Assembly (NCBI GenBank): GCA_012295275.1
Contig: CM022671.1
Coordinates: forward strand, 32,984,001-33,048,000
DNA: 64,000 nt
Direction: 5' to 3'
Origin: Chrysomallon squamiferum
Lineage: Eukaryota > Animalia > Mollusca
The notes beneath the pieces are model-generated. The model saw nothing but the letters and a program-made list of their open reading frames with translations, was not told the origin of the DNA and did no database searches. The translations under genes were made by a program, and so were the position numbers. Shown one piece after another: positions 54,495 through 64,000 of this stretch (within the stretch, counting starts at the first letter, position 1; each line of letters opens with the position of its first letter).

Positions 54495-57400
54495 TATTTC
54501 TTTTCTTTTCTTTATTTTATTATTATTATTTTCTTATTCAGAGTTTAAGTGTAGATACAGTTATCGAAGATGTCAACGGAAAGACTAAACTAGCGGTGGA
54601 CGTGTTTGCCAAATCACTTAACTACATTAAAGAACATGTGCTTGGTGCCATAAGTCGTCATTAGGGTTATGACCCCAACCCTGACACCATTCGCTGGGTT
54701 CTCACTGTTCCGGCAATCTGGGAGGAAAATGCTAAACAGTTCATGAGAGAAGCTGCCTATATGGTAAGATTAAAATTATAGGCGGATATGATGAATTGTG
54801 AAATATTGTGCCTTAAGATATTCAAGAAAAATCATTAAAATTCAATATATTTATTCAAGTTTGGAGATGAATCTTTAAAAACAAAAATTGGATATTTAAA
54901 TTTATTTATTTATTTATTTATTACAAATATTACATTCAGAGAAAATATGACGTTTATTTATTTATTTGTTATTGTTTCGCCATCAGGCTAGTCTTATATC
55001 AAAAACCAACAGTAAACAGCTTGTTATTGCACTAGAACCGGAAGCAGCATCTCTACACTGTCGCCATCTGCAAGTCACGGATTTCGTGGGTAACAAGGAC
55101 AACGCTTTAGCGGTTAAACCAACTTTTGAGCCGGGCACAAAGTATATTGTGATAGACGCTGGTGGTAAGAACACATTATTTAATTATATGATATTTTAAA
55201 ATGAAAAACTTTTGAATAACTAAAAAAGTTTTAAAAATAGGAATAAATTTATTTTTATGTTCTAAATTAATTTACGTTGTAGGTGGAACCATAGATGTTG
55301 TGGCGCACGAAGTTATAAAAGATGAACAAGTCGGAGAACTGTTTCAAGCCACGGGTGGTGCGTGGGGAGGAATTACCATCGATCTGCAGTTCCAGAATTT
55401 GATGGACAAAATCTTCGGCACGATGTTCATGGCCGAATTCAAACGAGCTCACCCGAAGGATTATTTTGAACTCATGCTTGACTTTGAGATAAAGAAACGA
55501 GGAGATTGCGAAAGCATCCGAGTGTCTTTACCCTACAATTTCTGCAACTTCAAGTGCGATGACACGTCCGTTCAGCAAGCGATAAAAGCCTATGCAACTG
55601 AAAACAACAATGAAGTGAAATTTTCCTCAGGGAAACTGGTTCTAACAGCACAGGTTGTGAATTCCTTCTTCAGAGACACCCTTCTGCAGATTAATGATCA
55701 CATCAAGGGCTTGCTAAAAAAATCCAAAATTAAAGATGTAAAATATATATTCCTTGTTGGTGGTTTCGGCGAATCGCTAAGACTTCAGAACTCCCTAAAG
55801 ACCCATTTTGGTGAAAGACTTACTGTTTTGGTTCCAGAAGAGGCTAATTTGTCTATAGTACGTGGTGCGATTTTGTTTGGTCATGATCCCAGCTGCATAT
55901 TTCAGCGAATATGTCGCTTTACGTACGGAGTTGATTACGCTCCACATTTTGAAGAAGGAAAATATCATGAGGATCTCAAGCTCATCGCAGAAGGTGTCAC
56001 TTACTGTAATCATGTTTTCCACACGTGGTCAGAAGCAGGCGATATCATACCTTATGATAAAGTTTGGCAAGGAACGTATGGTCCGATGTATACTAATCAG
56101 GATCGTATGCAATTCGATATGTTTCGATCCAGCAAGAGAAACATCAAATACACTGACGAGGAAGGCATGGAGAAATGCGGTTCTGTCATAGTTGAAATGC
56201 CAGATCTTACAGGGGACAAGGAAAGAACAGTCGACCTCGAAGTAACGTTTGGAGGTACAGAATTGAAGGTTGTAGGAACAGACGACAACACCAAAATTAA
56301 ATACGAAACATACATAGACCTTTTATCAAATTAGTATGTATTTGCTGAAAATGTTACACTTTGATCAGGTAACCAAGCACATTCTTGGAATGATGGATAG
56401 AAAGTGTGAAAAGAACTATATTTAAGACTCCATGGAAATGATACAAAATCTGTGTATTTACATACAAATGCTACAAACCAGAGAAATTATTTTAAATACA
56501 GTATATTAGCTATAGTATTTAGAAAATACTGTTTTTTTTGTTTTTTTTTTTTTTTAAATTTGCATTTAAAATATTAAGAAGACATGGGTTTCGAAACATT
56601 TTGACATTTTAGGCAGTGTGTCAAATTATATACTTAACATTGTTAAATCATTATAAACACTTTATTTACTATTTTACTTTAGTAAATTAGCATCATCTTT
56701 GCTGTGAAACTATATGTGTGCCTTTTATTTAAATATCACTATTATAACAAGATTGTAATAACCTTAAAATACTAAATTTGTAAACATTAATATGTACTAT
56801 ATCTTAATCTTTAATATGTATCAATAACCACGTTAATATCTCGGTTTGTTCAGGACCAGGTTTTCTCGGGTTTTTCTTGGTATATTTATTTGGGTTATAC
56901 TTATTCTTTGTGAAAATTTTGTATGAGATGAAATTTTAATACTGAATTTTTATAACTGCGATTTGTTTGAATGTGTTAACAGGGCAGACAGAAAACGATT
57001 TTTTTAAAAATTAAATTGAAAAAGTGATTAGTTTAAATGTATTAGCTGATCTATTTGTATTTCTTCCAAGACATAATAAAATATTTATTTTTGATTCACA
57101 ATCTTTATTTTTAGCTTAATTTCATCATCATTACATACAACGATATGCATACATACAAAAAAACCTGCATACATTCATAGTAATTTTATGTGGCTGTAGG
57201 GTGGGTTTTCTTCTGTTTTCTTTTTGTTTTAACAGACTAAATCATTAATTAAAAATATCTTTAGATACTAATTTATCCAAATTTGAGAAAACTAAATTAC
57301 CAGAAAATTTTTATAATATTAATATGTATCTTTAAATACAGTTTCATTCTTTACATTTTAATATATCTAAAGACTCTGTCAAAAAAGTTGGTTAATTCAG

Positions 57401-58528
57401 AAATCCAGGTCACCTCTACTTCCACCTTCTCAGATATGCTTGTGTGTACCCATACAAGTAAAGTCTACAATGGTTAGCAGTGTGTCTACAGAAAATTCTA
57501 ATTAGACATTAAAACACAAAGGCATTTGATCATTGATAAATTAACCAGTTTTAATTAAATATATTTTAGTAATATATTTTTAACTTTCATATTAAACTTT
57601 CAGTGAAAGATTCCTGAAGGTAAGTATAGCATTAGTATTCTTGCAGTACTGGTGTTGCATCCTTTCTATTTGGGTAAATAAATTATGACAACATCATGTG
57701 TTTATGCATATTTACCAGATACCCACATGCTCAAAATCTTATATAAAGTGATGTAACTATGGCCATTGTACAAATAAAGAATCTAAAACAAAATATTTAA
57801 AAAAATAATTATAATTATAACATTCTTATTTCAAATTATATAACAATGAAAAAAAATGAAAAGAAATGAAATATTCTTTATGTATTCAGCATACTTTTAA
57901 GATATATTTTAATTAGTTTTTGTTATCAGCTTTAATTAATAAATATGATTACAAGTAAAAATATCTGGCTTGACTTGTAGTTGTGACATCACTGTTTGCT
58001 GAAGGAATGCAACAACCAGTCTGCTCTTCAAGTGATAACATCCAGTTTTAAAGAGGTAAAATGGCCACATTCACATTTTTGTAACAGTATTATTCTATTG
58101 TCATAATATATTATTAATTTAAGTTTATGTTACTCAAACCAAATAAAAGCATAACGATATTTTTTGGAATCTGATGTCTTTGTGAAGTGATGTTTCTAAT
58201 GCTAAAATCATGTCTGCTCCCTATAAATAAATAATTAATACACACTTATTAAACAAAACAAAAACAATTCATATATTTCACATTTGTTCCTATAACATAA
58301 ATGCATACAATTATACACATGGTATAATTTAATAATTTATGTAGTGAAGGTCAACTTTATATAGTCATATAAAAACATTTTTTTTTCTACTTTTATATAA
58401 TACTAACAATACTACTAATAAATCAACTTAAATATTCTTATGATGTTTAATATTAATTTTGTTGTAGTTATTATTAAAATAACTGTTGCTTATTTTATTT
58501 TAGATCTTAACATATACATATAGATTTA

Positions 58529-58575
<47 letters not shown>

Positions 58576-58754
58576 TAAAAATAAAGAGAATTCACTATAA
58601 AAAGAGACTAAAATAGTTATATATCAGATATAATTATGCTCCCTTTATTGTATTAATTACTATTATTATTATTATTATTATTACATGGAACTCATTTCAG
58701 CCTGCCATTTACATCTATCACAGTGAATGCGCTCCATAAAATTTTCATTCATAC

Positions 58755-59893
58755 TTTTGTCTGAGTGATTCATTTTCGGTTTTGATTGAGGAGAGACTGG
58801 TTTCTATGTTTTTCAAATCTCTTTTTACTTTTCTGCTGCTTTTTCAGATTCTTTGAGCTGCTTCTTGAGCTGCTTCTTGAGACGTCTGCACTCATCCTGC
58901 AAACTGCTGTTGATCCTCTGCAGCTCTTTCTCTGTCATGTGCATCTTCTCATTCTGTTGTTTGAGATATTCGTTTTCGTTCTTTACTCGTTGTAAATCCG
59001 CTTTGAGTAGACCTATATCATTTGACTCCTGACCTGGTCATATGATTTTAATAATTAGATGATGACTGTGAAATGTAACAATTCATTGATGATTATTATC
59101 ACAAGATAATGAAAAGATATGTTAAAAGGATCTCTAAATAATAGTATATAATTTAGAATAGAAAGGACAGAATATAATATAATATCTACAGAAGAAAGGA
59201 CAAAAACCACAACAACAACAAAATACCACAAAGAACTCCTTAAGTTGCATCACAAAGCAAAAACTCTCCAATTATTATTATTATTTATATACTCTTTTTA
59301 GATTATACAATACTAAGACCAGTAGAGACCTTAATTTGTAGGGCTCTCAATTTTGATTAAAATGTTGAAGTCCAGTGAATTAAAGTTGTTTCTGGGGTCC
59401 CTCTTTGTTTAGGGGCTCTGAAGCTCAAACTTCATTAAGTTCATAATACATAAACTTCTGTGCAACACATAAGTACATGTTTTGTGTCTTTAATATATAG
59501 CTAAAATTGAAAACAAAGCCGATTAATTTGAATTTTATATATGTATATATATTTCATACCAGTGCTCTTGGCAGGTATTCCCCTTTCTTCGTATTGTCCT
59601 CTACCATCATGTTTCCGAAGTTTCTCATTTTCTAGCTTTAATGTCTGCAGTTCCCCCCACAACTGACCGACACCCGCACTTCGTGAATGTCGAGGTGAGC
59701 GTGAATGTCGAGGTGAGCCTGAATTTGACTTTCCTCGGTTTTCCGCCAGGAGGCCGTCCACGATGTACAGCGCCGTCTCCAGCAGATGATGCGTTTGTGG
59801 ATCTCGCTTCTCCTTGAGGGCCTCAACAAGATGTGCGCTGAAGAAACCAGCCTCCACAAACAAATCACGTTTGGCTTCATTCGATCCGCTCAT
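58755..59893 (-). pseudogene. Coiled-coil/MIEAP-like gene, copy 2 (exons 1-2 only)
   Basis: Exon 1 59893-59560 with intact ATG; exon 2 59033-58755 has a 1-nt deletion relative to copy 1 giving TAA at 58827-58825; downstream MIEAP-domain exons not found before the duplication boundary. Confidence 0.75.
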
Positions 59894-60170
59894 AGTTCAG
59901 TTACTGTAAATAAATCATTATACACAATATGATAACGAGCACGAGATAGCGCGCGCGCCCATACACTCTTACATAAACAGGCATCTATTATCTACCCAAT
60001 ATCTTTTTTTCTGTCCAGTATCTTTCCAGGAAAAAAAAATCTTCCGGGAAATATGGATTTAAGAATTTATGTGTTGTCAGTTTATAATAATAATAATAAT
60101 AATACAATTTTCTGTTTTAATATTGTAACGTTTCTAAACAAATTCGTTTACCCAGCAAATACGTAAGCGC

Positions 60171-60353
<183 letters not shown>

Positions 60354-60878
60354 GTAAAGCGTAGAACATAGCGTTTCGTTACTGACAGTTACATTTTAAT
60401 TCAACAAATATTAGAATGCAATATTACTAACCAGGCGTGCTATAGTTATAAAACCAGTACAGTAGATCAAATAAGACAGAACAGAAGACAAGGAAATATT
60501 TATTTTAAAAACAAAAACAAAAAATCAGTTTGAATTAACTCTTACCTTCTATTTGCAAAGATCATGCAAATGTTTCAACTGTCATTCACAGATGTATCGG
60601 ATGCTTAATTCCGAAATGTTCAAGACTAAAATAATAATTTATTCCCGTAAGAAAAAGTAAAAGAAACACAGTTGTGGACTTTAATCTGTTTGACCTGGTT
60701 TCGAAACCACCTGAGTTACGGTAACTTGCGTAAGTTTTTATCTTATCAGCGGGTACAATTTATTTATTTACATTCAGGTCGTGGATTAGACGAAAGAAAA
60801 CTTGATTTGTCTCCAAGTTCAATATCAATTAGAATAGCGTTATCTTCAGATTTATTTCGATATAACTATCAAAAAAAT

Positions 60879-62352
60879 ATGGCCGAAAAGGAGACGTCGA
60901 CATGCTTTAGATACGAGCAAAGCCGACGACGCTGTTGTCGTCAGTGCAATTAAATCACCATTGGTCGACACAACGCCAGAATCAGAAGGGGCAGCGGAAT
61001 ATCAAATCGTTGCCGCAATCGACTTCTGTACGACATTCATCGGTTACGCGTACTCATTCACATCTAACAAAGAGGCTATTCACGTGAATAAAAACTGGGG
61101 ACACACACAAGGATTTCAGCTACACAAAACTCCTACAAGTCTTCTACTAAAACCTGATGGCCAGTTCGAAGCTTTCGGCTTTGAAGCCGTGTCCCGATAT
61201 AACGATCTGCCAGACGACGAGGTAGCTAATTACTACTACTACGACAGATTTAAAATGAAACTGTACAATAATAAGGGCAGTTGCACATTTTTATAATAAT
61301 CTCTACTTTGCTTAATATTCCAGCTGCCTCTAAATGCTAGTATTAATTTGGAGCAATTCAGTCATTCATAGGCATTTCGAGCATAACGTAACTATTACGC
61401 TTTTTCTCTAAAACATAGTTTGTGCAGTATGGCTTATAACTTGATAATAAAAATAACAACAACAACAACGACATTTCTGTGATTTATTTTATGTTTTTCG
61501 GGTCTTAGACTGTCTCCGTACCACTCTGGGAAAGGAATGTTAAAAGATCCCTATGTGGTCTTTCCTACAGCATAAAAGCAGAGATTATATTTTAGTTAGG
61601 GAGATCAGTTTTGCACTGTACAGGACAGACGTGTTGCTAATTGTCAGCTGGACTGTTATATTGTTCCAGCTGACTTAGGTAACTTTAAGTTTTTACGGCT
61701 TTGTTTAGGAAGGAAGGTGTTGTGGCTTTCTAACAAGTATCTATGTAACTATGTATCTGTTTGTAACCGGCCGTGTAAGCACTTTAAGCTTACTCGCTAG
61801 ATAACTATCATTATATCATATAATACATATATATTCTTTAAATCTAAACTGGTGTTATGGTGTCTCTGGTGTATTTAACGTTAGCTAAATATAAATACAT
61901 ATATGACCTTGTTCCCCGAATACCCTTAGAGCCGAGCAAAATCAGAAGGTCAGTATGTATATGGAGGAGTGTTTGGTGTAGGAGTGTTACGCCCGTTGCG
62001 GTGTTCTAATTTGTTTACGTAAAACGACTGTGTTAATTACGGGTCATATGCGACTGCGTTAGACACCCCGAGACAAAGACTTCGGTAAAGCAGTTTTTGT
62101 AACGTTTGTGTCATCTATTCAAGTCTTTGTAACATTCTCTCTTTCGTCAATTTCAGTTTTTATAACCATATATACATTAATACGATAGGTACAAATTGTT
62201 TGTTTGTTTGTTTGTTTTTTTATTATTATTTTTTTATTATTATTAATATTTTCTTCATTTTTTTTAGTCAACTTCCGCATATACTCCATTTGTTTCCCTG
62301 ACTTTTTTCGTGTAATCAATGTTTGAAATCAGGCAAAGACTATACTAACACA

Positions 62353-62397
<45 letters not shown>

Positions 62398-62404
62398 CAC
62401 ACAA

Positions 62405-62454
<50 letters not shown>

Positions 62455-64000
62455 GTTGAAACGTTGACAGTCGATAACCTCTAAAATGCGGACTATTTTA
62501 CTGGCCCTTTCAAGTTCGAATGATCAAACATTGACTGAATTATTTTCTTCTTTTACTATTATTATTATTGTTGTTGTTGTTGTTATTGTTGTTGTTATGA
62601 TTATTATTATTATGATTATTATTATTATTATTATTATTATTATTTTTCTTATTCAGAGTTTAAATTCAGATATAGTTATCGAAGATGCCAACGGAAAGAC
62701 TCAGCTGGCGGTGGACGTATTTGCCAAATCACTTAACTACATGAAGAAACATGTGCTCAGAGCCATAAGTGCTCATCTTGGTTGTGACCCCAACTCTGAC
62801 ACCATTCGCTGGGTTCTCATTGTTCCGGCAATCTGGGACGAAAATGCTAAACAGTTCATGAGAGAAGCTGCCTACAGGGTAAGATTAAAATTATAGGCAG
62901 ATATTATGAACACATGTAAAAATTGTTAAAATTCTAGATATTTATTCGTTTAAAAACAAAAATTGGATATTTAAATAAATCCATTTAAAAAAATAATAAT
63001 AATAATAATAATAATATATATATATATATATATATAAACAAATATTACAGTTAGAGAAAATATATTATTTTTATTTATTTATTGGTTATTGTTTCGCCAT
63101 CAGGCTGGTCTCATCGCAAAAACCAACAGTGAACAGCTTGTTATTGCACTAGAACTGGAAGCAGCATCTCTACACTGTCGCCGTCTGCAAGTCACGGATT
63201 TCGTGGGTAACAAGGACAACACTTCGGCGGTTAAACCAACTTTTGAGCCGGGCACGCTGGTGGAAGAAACGAGGAGAATGCGAAAGAACCAGAGTGTCTT
63301 TACAGGACAATTTCTGCAACTTCAAGTACAATGGCATGTACGTTCAACAGGCGATAGAAGCCTATGCGACTGAGAACAACAATGATGTCAAATTTTCTTC
63401 AGGGAAACTCGTTCTAACATCACAGGTTGTGAATTCCCTCTTCACAGATGCTTTATTGCAGATTAATGATCATATCAAGGGCTTGCTAAAAAAAAAAAAA
63501 AAATTAAAGATGTAAAATATATATTCCTTGTTGGTGGTTTCGCCGAATCGACAAGACTTCAGAACTCCCTGATGACTCAGTTTTGTGGCAGAGTTAACGT
63601 TTTCGTTCCAGAAGAGGCCAGTTTGGCTGTAGTGCGTGGCGCTGTTTCATTTGGTCATAATCCCAGCTTCATATGTCAGCGAATATGTCGCTTTACGTAC
63701 GGAGTTGGCTCCTATCTACCTTTTGAAGAAGGAGAGCATCGTGGAGATCTCAAGTTCGTCTCAGATGGTGCCACTCTCTGTAAACATATTTTCCAAACAT
63801 GGGCAGAAGCAGGCGAGGTCATAGGTTATAATGAAGTTTGGCGTGAAGAGTACATGCCCATAATTACTAATCAGAAAGGTATAATATTCGATTTTTTTCG
63901 ATCCAGCAAGAGAAACATCAAATACACTGACGAGGAAGGCATGGAGAAATGCGGTTTTCTTGCAGTTGAAATGCCAGATCTTACAGGGGACAAGGAAAGA
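60879..64000 (+). pseudogene. HSPA12: HSPA12-like copy 2, pseudogene (3'-truncated by the window)
   Basis: ATG at 60879 reaches TAA at 60953 (frameshift); DFGTT changed to DFCTT; intron 1 donor GT changed to GG near 61276; exon 2 at 62657-62878; deletions at about 63255-63262 join exon 3 to mid-exon 4; expanded A-run near 63488-63503 shifts frame. Confidence 0.9.

Larger units (their letters stand above)
49375..56334 (+). pseudogene. HSPA12: Heat shock 70 kDa protein 12-like, copy 1; full-length 4-exon gene with one in-frame TAG
   Basis: Exons 49375-49665, 54542-54763, 54987-55164, 55283-56334. Motifs [32 protein letters not shown]...[45 protein letters not shown] at 54662-54664 where copy 2 has CTT (Leu). 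Confidence 0.85.

Noticed and set aside
54662-54664. Selenocysteine recoding in HSPA12
   Set aside because: The codon is TAG, not TGA, and aligns with Leu in the paralog.

Overview
AT-rich, intron-rich animal genomic DNA; the HSPA12/MIEAP-like gene content and repeat types suggest a mollusc (inference only). Exons were assembled by hand from splice signals and reading phase. Left to right: the 3' end of an unidentified coiled-coil gene; a decayed Ginger-type integrase transposon with CCGG target duplications; GPN1 (-, 12 exons, one U12-type intron) head-to-head with HPS4 (+, a GC-AG micro-exon and a 1.8-kb repeat-containing exon); complete PRPF19 (+, 16 exons); an astacin-EGF-2xShK metalloprotease (-); an inverted partial copy of PRPF19 (-, exons 9-16, WD40 region only) whose reading frame and splice sites are all intact; and two tandem copies of a divergent cassette pairing a coiled-coil/MIEAP(SPATA18)-like gene (-) with an HSPA12-type Hsp70 (+), all four genes carrying lesions. 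The strongest leads are the intact WD40-only PRPF19 paralog lying in splice phase behind the MIEAP-like exons, and the co-duplicated MIEAP-like/HSPA12 head-to-head cassette with STAT-type GAS motifs in its shared promoter region.
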